From contig JBFXDD010000008.1 in assembly GCA_050181465.1 (NCBI GenBank), positions 64,325 to 128,324 on the forward strand: 64,000 nt of DNA, given 5' to 3'. The position numbers were made by a program, and so were the translations under genes. The notes beneath the pieces were generated by a model. That model searched no databases. It worked only from the letters and a program-made list of their open reading frames with translations, and had not been told where the DNA came from. The first letter of the stretch is position 1, and each line of letters begins with the position of its first letter. This document shows positions 52,471 through 61,455 of this stretch, in pieces. The DNA comes from Planctomycetota bacterium (GTDB taxonomy: Bacteria > Planctomycetota > UBA1135 > UBA2386).

Positions 52471-54312
52471 ATGCAGGCAAGGATCACGAAGTTCTTCGGA
52501 ACGCTCACGCTGGCCATCGGCTTGGCGGCGATCGCTCCGAGCCAGGAGCCACAAGTCGGCGGGGAACCGCAGGAAGGTGGCGTGAACAGCACGACCCAAC
52601 AGGGGGATCGGAGCTCGCGGCTGACGCTGCGGCTGCGCGATCGACTCCTGCGGGACGTCGTCCAGAGCATCCGTCGTCAGGCGGGCGTGAACATCGTCAT
52701 CGATCAGTCGATCGAAGACCGCGTCACGATCGATCTCGATGACGTCGAGTGGCGGCGTGCCCTCGAGCTGATCGCGGAGGCCGCGGGCTGCGTGGTCCTC
52801 GAGAGTGCAGGCGGCATCATCAAGGTCGAGAAGCCGGCCCGCGTGTTCTTCTCTTTCGAGAACGTGGATGTGCAGCGGGTGATCGACGCGATCGCGAAGA
52901 TCTCCGGCGCGAACATCGTCGTGGGTCCGGAAGTGCAGGGCACGGTGACGGTGCGGCTGCGAAACATCCCCTGGCGGGATGCACTCGAGGCCACCGCGAA
53001 GACGCTCGGCTACGTCGTCGTCGAGGAAGAGCGCGGCATCCTGCGCGTCGTCCCGCCGTCGAACATGGTCCAGGACCTGGTGTCGCGTGAGTTCCAACTC
53101 CGCTACGTGCGACCGCCGTCGGCATACATGCCGTTCCTCCAGTCGGAATACGTGCAGTACATCTTCGCGCGCCAGCAGCTCGATCCGCGTCAGAACAACT
53201 TCACTCTGATCGATGCGCTGCAGAGCCTGATCACGCCGGAGGTGGGATCACTCCAGTATCACGCCGAGCAGAACGTGATCTTCGTGAAGGACACGAAGCT
53301 CGTGGTCGAGCAGATCGCCCGCATCATCGAGAAGATCGACGTCGAACCCGCCCAGGTGTTCATCGACGTTCAGTTCGTGACGACCAGCGACTCGGACGTG
53401 CTCGACGTCGGCGTGTCCCCGGGCAGTGACGGTTGGACGGCGTCGATCGGCCTCGGCCAGATCCCGCACCGTCTGCCGTTCAACCTCGGCGCGGGCGGCT
53501 GGGACGACAACCTGATCGCCAACGACACGGGGACCGGCCCCTTCGCCGACCTCGACAGCAACCCGACCGGTCGCACGACCATGCCGGACGTGGTGTTCGG
53601 TGCGCTCAACTTCCAGCAGGTGACCGCGGCATTGCGGCTGCTCAAGCGCGACACCAGCAGCGAGATCGCCCAGGCACCCAAGCTGATCGCACTCGATCAC
53701 CAGATGGCGACGATCTTCGTCGGCGAGACGATCCGCTATGCGCAGGCTCGATCCGAACAAGGTCAGGCCGGTGGTCTGCAGCTCGTCGTCGAGGAAGCGC
53801 CGAACTCGCCGGTCAGCGTCGGTTTCCAACTGCTCGTGATCCCGCACGTGGTGCCGGGCACGGACAAGGTGGTCATGGACGTGATCCCGAAGGCTGACTC
53901 GTTGTCGGGCGCAGGCAGCGCCAGCACGCTGGCGCCGGCCGGCTTCGACGTGTTCACCGTCGGTGCGGGTCAGGGCGAAGGCACGATCGCGCTGCCGCGC
54001 ATCTCGTCCAGCACGATCGCGACCAAGGTGCTGTTGCGGTCGGGTCAGACCGCCGTGCTCGGCGGCCTGGTCACCGACTCCGACACCGTCACCGAGACTC
54101 GCCTGCCCTTCGTCGGCGACATCCCGGTGCTAGGCTGGTTGTTCAAGAACCGTGTCGAGTCGCGCAGCAAGCGGACCCTCATCGTCTTCATCCGGCCTGA
54201 CATCATCCGCAGCCCGGAGCAGGTGGAGGAGACCCGCAACGAGATCTTGCGCCAGCGCGCCGAAGCCTTGCAGCGTGCCGAGTTCGAGGCGATGGGCGGC
54301 GTTCGCCGCTGA
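52471..54312 (+). CDS. pilQ: Type IV pilus secretin PilQ (GspD superfamily)
   Basis: ATG 52471 follows GAGGA. Signal peptide, N-domains, and a secretin C-domain (TIFVGETIRY...LPFVGDIPVLGWLFKNRVESRSKRTLIVFIRPDII). Confidence 0.9.
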   Translation: MQARITKFFGTLTLAIGLAAIAPSQEPQVGGEPQEGGVNSTTQQGDRSSRLTLRLRDRLLRDVVQSIRRQAGVNIVIDQSIEDRVTIDLDDVEWRRALELIAEAAGCVVLESAGGIIKVEKPARVFFSFENVDVQRVIDAIAKISGANIVVGPEVQGTVTVRLRNIPWRDALEATAKTLGYVVVEEERGILRVVPPSNMVQDLVSREFQLRYVRPPSAYMPFLQSEYVQYIFARQQLDPRQNNFTLIDALQSLITPEVGSLQYHAEQNVIFVKDTKLVVEQIARIIEKIDVEPAQVFIDVQFVTTSDSDVLDVGVSPGSDGWTASIGLGQIPHRLPFNLGAGGWDDNLIANDTGTGPFADLDSNPTGRTTMPDVVFGALNFQQVTAALRLLKRDTSSEIAQAPKLIALDHQMATIFVGETIRYAQARSEQGQAGGLQLVVEEAPNSPVSVGFQLLVIPHVVPGTDKVVMDVIPKADSLSGAGSASTLAPAGFDVFTVGAGQGEGTIALPRISSSTIATKVLLRSGQTAVLGGLVTDSDTVTETRLPFVGDIPVLGWLFKNRVESRSKRTLIVFIRPDIIRSPEQVEETRNEILRQRAEALQRAEFEAMGGVRR

Positions 54313-54313
54313 G

Positions 54314-54365
54314 GCGATCGCCCCCGCGATCGCGGCGACGACCCCCCGTGATCCGGGGTCGTCGC
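54314..54365 (+). terminator. Two tandem GC-rich hairpins after pilQ
   Basis: GCGATCGC-CCCC-GCGATCGC (54314-54333), then GCGACGACCCC-(9 nt)-GGGGTCGTCGC (54335-54365). There is no U-tract, so function is inferred from position. Confidence 0.4.
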
Positions 54366-54861
54366 GCCAAAGGCCATGCGCCGCCCGGCGGCTGGATCGG
54401 GCTGGGCGAGGGGATCGAGTTCGAGCGGTGCGTCCTGGTGACCCGCTCGCTATGCTCCCGCGACCTTTCGCCGCGCAGTCAGGAGACAGCGTGGCGGACC
54501 CTTTCCGATCGCGCCCTCCGATGCGCCCCTTCGCGAGACCCTGCGGCAGTCCAACTTCGCTCAGCAAGGCGCTGGGTGCACGGCTGTCGCATCCTTGGTC
54601 TGCGACTCGGGTTGGCTCGGTATCGGTGCGATCCACGCCATTCCGGGCGCAGGGCGGTGCGGCGATGCCACGGGCGTCGTCGTCAGCAGAATCGGCGGGC
54701 GAGCGGCGCGAATGTGCGGCCGCGTCCCCGCACCAGGAACGAACCGGAGACCGGCTGCGGAATCGCGTCGGGCTCGCGACTCTGGACTCGATGACCTGCA
54801 TGCCGCGCTCCTCTGCGTCCACCCCCGTCTTGGGGGCCATGTCACGCAGAGGAACAGATTC

Positions 54862-56865
54862 TTGAAGCGCATGCTCATCAACGCCACCGATGCCGAGGAA
54901 GCGCGCATCGCGGTGGTTCAGGACGGAGTGCTCGCGGAACTCCATGTCGAAGTGGCGGGTCGCGAGGCCTACCTCGGCAACATCTACAAAGGCCGCGTGG
55001 TGAACGTCGAGCCGGCGATCGGAGCCGCCTTCGTCGCCTTCGGTGGACGGACCAACGGATTCCTCCACGCTTCCGACATCCTGCCGGCTTACGCGCGCGA
55101 TGAGTTCGTGCTCGACGACGTCGTCGAGGGGCGAGCCAAAGTCAGCGGCGACGAAGGACCGGAGGCCGTCCGCGCGATCTTGGCCGACGCCGCCGGGGAC
55201 GAGGACGATGACGAGGACGACGAGCCGGCACCCAGGGGCGGCAAGTCCGCGCCTGCCGCCGCGCGGGGTGCCGCGACGGACACCGATGAGGGCGATCAAG
55301 GCAATGCCCAGTTCGCGGGCGAATTCGGTGGTGCGCCCGACGATGAGTTCGGTGCCCACGTCGGCTCTTCGTCGGATCACGGCGAAGCCGGCGATGACGG
55401 CGACGCCGACGACGACGGTGAGGGCGACGGCGAGTCCGGGGACGAGGCCGACGGTGGGTCGGAGCCGGAGCCCGAGTCAGGCCAGGACGCCGGAGCCGGC
55501 GCTGGCGCGGCGGTGGTCGACGGCGGCGTCAGCGCGCCGCCGCGGGCGCAGGCGCGTCGCCGGCGCGGTCGTCCCAAGGAGAAGAGCGGCCGGCAGCGGG
55601 TCCCGGTGGATCAGCTCCTGCGCAAGGGCCAAGAGGTCATCGTGCAGGTCACCAAGGAGGGAATCGGCGCCAAGGGACCGACGCTGACCACCTTCGTATC
55701 GCTGCCCGGTCGCAGTCTGGTGCTCATGCCCTCGCTGCCCAAGTGCGGGGTGAGTCGCAAGATCGAGGACGCGCGCGAGCGTCGCCGTCTCAAGCGGATC
55801 GTGCGCGAACTCGACGAGACCGGGCAAGGCGGCGTCGGATTCATCGTGCGCACGAACGGCGTCGAGAAGAGCAAGCTCGATCTGCAGCGCGATCGCGACT
55901 ACCTCAAGAAGATCTGGGAGTTGATCGCGCAGCGCGTGAAGGTCACCCGCGCGCCGGCGCTCCTCTACCAGGAATCCGACCTGGTGCTCAAGGCGATGCG
56001 CGACTTGTTCTCGCCTGAGATCGAGGAAGTGGTCGTCGATTCGCGCGACGTCTGGCTGCGAATCCGCGACTTCGCCGAGAAGTTGATGCCGCACATGGCG
56101 GAGCGCATCAAGCTGCACGAGTCGCACACGCCGATCTTCCACAGCTTCGGCATCGAGAAGGACGTCGAGAAGCTCTACCAACCCAAGATCGAGTTGCCCA
56201 ACGGGGGCTCGATCGTCATCGAGCAGGCCGAGGCACTCGTCGCGATCGACGTGAACTCCGGCCGCTTCAAGCCGGGCACCGAGCTCGAGCAGACTGCCTA
56301 CCGCACCAACCTCGAAGCGATCCCGGAGATCGTTCGGCAGCTCCGGCTCCGCGATCTCGGCGGTCTCATCATGATCGACTTCATCGACATGAACGAGGAG
56401 CGGCACCGGCGCAGCATCGAGCGATCGATGGTCGATGCGCTGCGTGGCGATCGCGCGCGGATCAAGGTGGGGCGGATCAGCGCGTTCGGACTGTTGGAGG
56501 TGACCCGCCAGCGGGTCGGTCCTGGCCTCAAGCACACCGTGTTCTCGGCCTGCCGCCACTGCGGCGGTTCGGGCATGGCTCGCACCGTCGTCAGCAAGGC
56601 GCTTGCAGTGCTGCGCGAGGTGCGCGCCATCATCCATCTGAAGGGCTTCTCGGTGCTTCAGGTGTTCGTCGCCCCGGCGGTGAACGACTACCTCGTCAAC
56701 TACAAGCGGCGGCAGCTCCTCGATCTGGAGGAGGCGATCGGGAAGACCGTGGTCATTCGCGGCGAGCCCAGCTACCCGGTCGACATGGTGCACTACCGTT
56801 TCCTGACCGCGGACGGTCAGGAAGCGCGGGTTGCGATCCCGGCCGGGCTGGGGGTGAAGGCCTGA
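54862..56865 (+). CDS. rne: Ribonuclease E/G family endoribonuclease with a large acidic insertion in the S1 domain
   Basis: TTG 54862 gives the canonical (M)KRMLINAT N-terminus (ATG 54871 is an alternative). S1 motifs YKGRVVNVEPAIGAAFV and GQEVIVQVTKE are separated by ~170 low-complexity residues. Catalytic core GGSIVIEQAEALVAIDVNSG and GGLIMIDFIDM. Zn-link CRHCGGSG. Confidence 0.92.
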   Translation: MKRMLINATDAEEARIAVVQDGVLAELHVEVAGREAYLGNIYKGRVVNVEPAIGAAFVAFGGRTNGFLHASDILPAYARDEFVLDDVVEGRAKVSGDEGPEAVRAILADAAGDEDDDEDDEPAPRGGKSAPAAARGAATDTDEGDQGNAQFAGEFGGAPDDEFGAHVGSSSDHGEAGDDGDADDDGEGDGESGDEADGGSEPEPESGQDAGAGAGAAVVDGGVSAPPRAQARRRRGRPKEKSGRQRVPVDQLLRKGQEVIVQVTKEGIGAKGPTLTTFVSLPGRSLVLMPSLPKCGVSRKIEDARERRRLKRIVRELDETGQGGVGFIVRTNGVEKSKLDLQRDRDYLKKIWELIAQRVKVTRAPALLYQESDLVLKAMRDLFSPEIEEVVVDSRDVWLRIRDFAEKLMPHMAERIKLHESHTPIFHSFGIEKDVEKLYQPKIELPNGGSIVIEQAEALVAIDVNSGRFKPGTELEQTAYRTNLEAIPEIVRQLRLRDLGGLIMIDFIDMNEERHRRSIERSMVDALRGDRARIKVGRISAFGLLEVTRQRVGPGLKHTVFSACRHCGGSGMARTVVSKALAVLREVRAIIHLKGFSVLQVFVAPAVNDYLVNYKRRQLLDLEEAIGKTVVIRGEPSYPVDMVHYRFLTADGQEARVAIPAGLGVKA

Positions 56866-56892
56866 CCCGGCGCGCGGCGACCTGCCGCCTTG

Positions 56893-56955
56893 GCCCGCAG
56901 TCTTCGTGAGCGGCGTCGCGAGATCGCCGCAGACGTTCACGAATGGTTCGGGTTA
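56893..56955 (+). repeat. Internally deleted derivative of the 182-bp MITE-like element
   Basis: GCCCGCAGTCTTCGTGAGCGGCGTCGCGAGATCGCCGCA joined directly to GACGTTCACGAATGGTTCGGGTTA. Both element ends are present and the central ~120 bp are absent. Confidence 0.72.
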
Positions 56956-56961
56956 GGGAGG

Positions 56962-56977
56962 CCCCGAGAGGTCGGGG
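56962..56977 (+). terminator. Short hairpin downstream of rne
   Basis: CCCCGA-GAGG-TCGGGG followed by TTGATTCTCT. A weak intrinsic-terminator-like structure. Confidence 0.3.
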
Positions 56978-57056
56978 TTGATTCTCTCCGGCTGCGCGCT
57001 ACTGTCCTCGCCCCCTCCGGACTCGGTCCGCCGGGGGCCGAAAGGAAACGTCCTGC

Positions 57057-57377
57057 ATGTTCGCCGTCGTCGAAGATCGCAAGCAACAGTACCGCGTCGC
57101 GGCGGGGGAGAAGCTCCTCATCGCCCTGATCGACGGCCTCGAAGCGGGAAGCTCTTATGAGTTCTCGCAGGTGTGCCTGATCGGTGGGGTCGCCTCACCG
57201 AAGGTGGGTGCACCCTTCCTCGATGGTGCTTCGGTGCGCGCGAAGATCGTGCGCCAGGACGTGCCCGGGCCGAAGTTGGTGGTGCAGAAGTACCGCCGCC
57301 GCAAGAACTACCGCCGTCGCACGGGCTTCCGCGCGCGGTACACGGAGATTCAGATCGAGGCGATCCATGGCGCATAA
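57057..57377 (+). CDS. rplU: 50S ribosomal protein L21
   Basis: [20 protein letters not shown]...[23 protein letters not shown]. 106 aa. Confidence 0.95.
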   Translation: MFAVVEDRKQQYRVAAGEKLLIALIDGLEAGSSYEFSQVCLIGGVASPKVGAPFLDGASVRAKIVRQDVPGPKLVVQKYRRRKNYRRRTGFRARYTEIQIEAIHGA

Positions 57378-57615
57378 GAAGGGTCAAGGCTCGACCAAGA
57401 ACGGTCGAGACAGCAACGCCCAGCATCGGGGCGTGAAGCGTTTCGGCGGCTCGCGGGTGACCGCGGGCACCATCATCGTGCGGCAGTGCGGCACGCCGTT
57501 TCGGCCCGGTCACAACGTGAAGCGCGGCAACGACGACACCCTGTTCTCGCTGATCGAGGGCACGGTGCTGTTCCGCGCGAATCGCCGCGTGGACGTGGTC
57601 CCGCTCTCGAGCTGA
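57367..57615 (+). CDS. rpmA: 50S ribosomal protein L27
   Basis: ATG 57367: [28 protein letters not shown]. 82 aa. Overlaps rplU by 11 nt. Confidence 0.95.
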   Translation: MAHKKGQGSTKNGRDSNAQHRGVKRFGGSRVTAGTIIVRQCGTPFRPGHNVKRGNDDTLFSLIEGTVLFRANRRVDVVPLSS

Positions 57616-57873
57616 GCAGGCTGCGCCCCGGCAGTTGGATCTTCGTTCCGAGCCGGTGTTCGCGCGCCACCCGGCACGATGCAGGTTTCTCCGCGCCGTT
57701 TCCGGCGCCGCCCGGACAATCGCAGGAAGTCGGGCTGGTAGCCCTCCGCGCCTGACCTGCCGCCGTCTTCGATGGTCCTCGGGGACGGGTCCCCGCAACT
57801 CCCGGCATGCGTGGCCGGCTCGAATGGCTCCCGTCGAGGTCCGCTTCGCGCAGGCCGACTTGTTCAGCGTCCC

Positions 57874-58890
57874 ATGTTCCTCGACGAGATCGAACTGACC
57901 TTCCGCGGCGGCAAAGGTGGGGACGGCTGCTCGTCCTTCCGGCGCGAGAAGTTCCAGATGCGCGGCGGCCCCGACGGCGGCGACGGCGGCGACGGCGGCA
58001 ACGTCGTCCTGCGAACCACCAGCCACGAGAACACCCTCTATCACCTCGCCGGGCGGCGGGTCTTCGAGGCGCGGGGTGGGCAGCCTGGGCGCGGGTCCGA
58101 CATGACCGGGGCATCGGCCGAGGATCTCGTGCTCGACGTACCGGCCGGCACCGCGATCTTCGATGCCGAGCGGGGGCATCTCCTGAAGGATCTCGACGAC
58201 GTCGGGCTCGAGTTCGTGATCGCGCGCGGTGGGGCCGGCGGCAGGGGCAACGCGCGTTTCGCGACGGCGACCAACCGCGCGCCGCGCGAGTTCGAGGCCG
58301 GTCAGGCAGGGGAAGAGCGTCGTGTTCGACTGAGCTTGAAGCTGATCGCCGACGTCGGTCTGGTCGGTCTTCCGAACGCCGGCAAGTCCACCTTCCTCGC
58401 GTCGATTTCGCGCGCGCGACCGAAGATCGCATCCTATCCGTTCACGACGCTCGAGCCGGTCCTCGGCATCGTTCCATTCGGGGACGCGGGAACGCTGGTC
58501 GTCGCCGACATTCCGGGCCTCATCGAAGGCGCCAGCGAAGGGCGCGGCCTCGGCGTCACCTTCCTCAAGCACATCGAGCGAACTCGCGTGCTGCTGCACC
58601 TGGTGGACTGCTCGAGCGCAGCGGACGTCGACCCGGCGGTCGCCTGCCGCACGGTGAGCGCGGAACTGGCGAGTTACTCGGCGGAACTCGCGCGCCGTCC
58701 CCGGCTCATTGTCGCGACCAAGGTCGAAGACGACTTGGCTCGGGCCCGCGCGGACGCGCTCGAGTCGGACTCGCGCGAACGGATCTGGCGGATCTCCGCA
58801 GCCACCCGTGAGGGGGTCGCGGCGCTCCTGGCCGAGGCCTATCGCCGTTGCCATCCCGATTCGGGATCGAGCGAGTCCTTGTCGCCCTGA
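57874..58890 (+). CDS. obg: GTPase Obg/CgtA
   Basis: ATG 57874: MFLDEIELTFRGGKGGDGCSSFRREKF...GGPDGGDGGDGGNVV (Obg fold). G domain: GLPNAGKST, DIPGLIEGAS, TKVE. Confidence 0.95.
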   Translation: MFLDEIELTFRGGKGGDGCSSFRREKFQMRGGPDGGDGGDGGNVVLRTTSHENTLYHLAGRRVFEARGGQPGRGSDMTGASAEDLVLDVPAGTAIFDAERGHLLKDLDDVGLEFVIARGGAGGRGNARFATATNRAPREFEAGQAGEERRVRLSLKLIADVGLVGLPNAGKSTFLASISRARPKIASYPFTTLEPVLGIVPFGDAGTLVVADIPGLIEGASEGRGLGVTFLKHIERTRVLLHLVDCSSAADVDPAVACRTVSAELASYSAELARRPRLIVATKVEDDLARARADALESDSRERIWRISAATREGVAALLAEAYRRCHPDSGSSESLSP

Positions 58891-58985
58891 GGCGGCGGGA
58901 CCGCCGGTCGCGGGATCGCTGGGCGACACAGATCCGACTCAACGGGTCGTGACAGAACGGTCGATGAAGGGGCGAAGGGCCCACC

Positions 58986-60134
58986 GTGAATCAGCCGTCA
59001 CTCCACGATTTCCTGCGCCTCATGGTCAAGGAGCATGCCTCCGACCTGATCTTGAAGGCGGGGAGCTGTCCTGCGATCCGGCTCGCCGGATCGATTCGAT
59101 TCCTTGGCGACGAAGCCCTGGGACAAGCCCAGATCCAGGAGTGGATCGACACAGTAGTGGATCCGCGCGGGCGAGAGGACATGGCGCGCACCGGCGCGGT
59201 CGACTTCGCGCTGTCGATTCAGGACGTCGGCCGATTCCGTTGCAACGTCTTCCGACAGTGCGGCGAGAACGGCTTCGTGTTCCGCCGCATCAACTCCGAG
59301 ATCCCCTCGTTCAAGGACCTCAATCTTCCCGTTCAGCCGCTGAAGCAACTCGCGTCGCTGAAACGCGGACTGGTCTTGGCAACCGGAACGGCCGGTTCGG
59401 GCAAGTCGACGACGCTGGCGTCGATGATCGAATACGTCAATCGCAACCAGCAGAAGCACATCGTCACCATCGAAGACCCGGTGGAGTTTCGCTTCGAGGA
59501 CCGCTTCTCGATCGTCAACCAGCGGGAGGTGGGACAGGACTGCGAATCGTTCGCGGCGGCGCTTCGGCAAGCAGTGCGGCAGTCCCCTGATGTGATCCTG
59601 ATCGGCGAGATGCGCGATCGTGACACCGTCGAGGCGGCGATCTCGGCCGCGGAGACCGGGCACCTGGTGTTCTCGACGCTGCACACGGTGAATGCCGTGC
59701 AGACCGTGGAGCGCATCATCTCCTTCTTCCCGCCCCATCAGCACGATCTGATTCGTAGCCAGCTCGCACTCAACCTCGCCGGCGTGGTCTCGCTGCGTCT
59801 CATCAAGAACAAGGAAGGTCGCTCGCTCGTGCCGGCCGTCGAGTTGCTGATGAACACGCCGACGGTCCGCGATCTGCTCGAGAGCGGGCAAACCAAGGCG
59901 CTGCCGAAGGCGCTCGCCGAGGGCGCGTTCTACGGCACGATGACCTTCAACCAGTCCCTGATCCGCCTCTTCGAGGCCGGCAACATCACCCTGGAGGACG
60001 CACTCGGCGCTTCGGACAACCCCGAGGAGCTGAAGATGCAGATGCGCGGGATCACGCAGGGTGGGCAGCAGGCGATCGGTGTGGGCGGCAATCCGGCGTT
60101 CGGGATGCCGACGACCCAGAAGCGACGGAGCTGA
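58986..60134 (+). CDS. pilT: Type IV pilus retraction ATPase PilT family
   Basis: GTG start, ASDLILKAG, Walker A GTAGSGKSTT, Asp/His boxes (TIEDPVEF, ILIGEMRD, GHLVFSTLHT). 382 aa. Confidence 0.9.
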   Translation: MNQPSLHDFLRLMVKEHASDLILKAGSCPAIRLAGSIRFLGDEALGQAQIQEWIDTVVDPRGREDMARTGAVDFALSIQDVGRFRCNVFRQCGENGFVFRRINSEIPSFKDLNLPVQPLKQLASLKRGLVLATGTAGSGKSTTLASMIEYVNRNQQKHIVTIEDPVEFRFEDRFSIVNQREVGQDCESFAAALRQAVRQSPDVILIGEMRDRDTVEAAISAAETGHLVFSTLHTVNAVQTVERIISFFPPHQHDLIRSQLALNLAGVVSLRLIKNKEGRSLVPAVELLMNTPTVRDLLESGQTKALPKALAEGAFYGTMTFNQSLIRLFEAGNITLEDALGASDNPEELKMQMRGITQGGQQAIGVGGNPAFGMPTTQKRRS

Positions 60135-60245
60135 TCGCCGGCAGTCGGGTTGCGCGCGCCGGGAAGATTCCGAGGGGCGGTGCCGTCCTTGTCTCGGCAT
60201 CTGTTCCGCTCCGTAACGTCCGGCTGCTAAGCTCTGTCCCCCGAC

Positions 60246-61451
60246 ATGCGACTGCCGATCAACTTCCTCTTGTGGGTCACCGCCCTCGGCCTCGGTGGGG
60301 CGAGCGGCTGGCAGTTCTGGCAAGCGTTCCAGGAGCGCAAGGCCTTCACCGGCAACGCCAGTCACAAGCGCGCCCTAGAGCAGGTCGAGCGCTTTGTGGA
60401 GAGCGGCAAGTCTGCTGCCGGCGAGGTCGCGACCGGCCCTAACTATGGTGCCTCGCAGAACTTCTGGAACTCTCTGCGGGATGCCAACTTCATCGGCAAG
60501 GAACCGCCGAAGCCGGTCGTACCGGTAGCCACCACGCCGGTGGAAACGACCCCGACCATCGCACCCAAGACGCCGCTGGACGACATCGTGGTGCTTTCCC
60601 TGCTGGTCGCGGACGGGCCCGATTCCCGCGCGGTGGTTCGCTATCGGCCGACCGCCAACGTGACGCCGCCGCCCGACGCCGTCCCGCCGGCGGCAGCCGC
60701 CGAGGACACGGTCGGCGTTCCGAGCACACTGCCCGGGGGGAAAGCGGGCGCGCGGCCGGTCGTGGCGCTGCCGACCGCCGGCGACGGTCTTGGGCCGGTG
60801 CATCACCTGAGTTTGGGTGACCGCCTGTGGGCACCGCACGACAACATCAAGCTGCTGCGGGTCGACGTGTCGGGGGACTTCGCGGTCTTCGTGCGGGTCG
60901 TCGACGGTGTCGAGGAATCGAAGTTGGAGGAGGAGCGGCTGTTCAAGGCGGTGCTCGAACTGCCTCAAGACGTGCTTGCGAAACTCGCCGAACTGGGGGT
61001 TGCCGCGAGTCCTGCCGAGGTTCGCGGCGCCGCCGATCCGTTCGAGGCGAACGATCCTTCGCGATCGCCGAACACACCGCTCTCGCCATCTGGTTGGGTC
61101 GCGGGCGTGGAGACTCGCGAGGTCGACGGCCGCTTCCATATCGGCACCAACGATCGCGAGGTGTTCCGCACCGATCCGCGTGTGTTCAGCGAGCGACTTG
61201 GCACTGCGAGCTACAACAGCAACGGCGTGCGCGGCGTTCGGGTGACCCGGATCCCTTCCGAACTCCGAAACTTCGGTTTGCAGCAGAACGACATCGTGAT
61301 CGCGGTGAACGGCGAGCCGGTCTCCGGCAAGTCCGAGGCGTTCACGCTCGGGCGTCGCCTGTACGACCGTGGCGTGCGGCTGTTCGAGATCAAGATGCTG
61401 CGCTTCGGCAGCGAAATCACGCGCACGTACGTCGCGCCGGACGAGCGCTAG
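60246..61451 (+). CDS. Membrane-anchored PDZ-domain protein (GspC/PilP-like?)
   Basis: N-terminal helix INFLLWVTALGLGGASGW, a Pro-rich linker, and a C-terminal PDZ-like segment (GVRVTRIPSELRNFGLQQNDIVIAVNGEPV). The functional class is inferred from architecture and the pilT neighbourhood. Confidence 0.6.
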   Translation: MRLPINFLLWVTALGLGGASGWQFWQAFQERKAFTGNASHKRALEQVERFVESGKSAAGEVATGPNYGASQNFWNSLRDANFIGKEPPKPVVPVATTPVETTPTIAPKTPLDDIVVLSLLVADGPDSRAVVRYRPTANVTPPPDAVPPAAAAEDTVGVPSTLPGGKAGARPVVALPTAGDGLGPVHHLSLGDRLWAPHDNIKLLRVDVSGDFAVFVRVVDGVEESKLEEERLFKAVLELPQDVLAKLAELGVAASPAEVRGAADPFEANDPSRSPNTPLSPSGWVAGVETREVDGRFHIGTNDREVFRTDPRVFSERLGTASYNSNGVRGVRVTRIPSELRNFGLQQNDIVIAVNGEPVSGKSEAFTLGRRLYDRGVRLFEIKMLRFGSEITRTYVAPDER

Positions 61452-61455
61452 AGAC

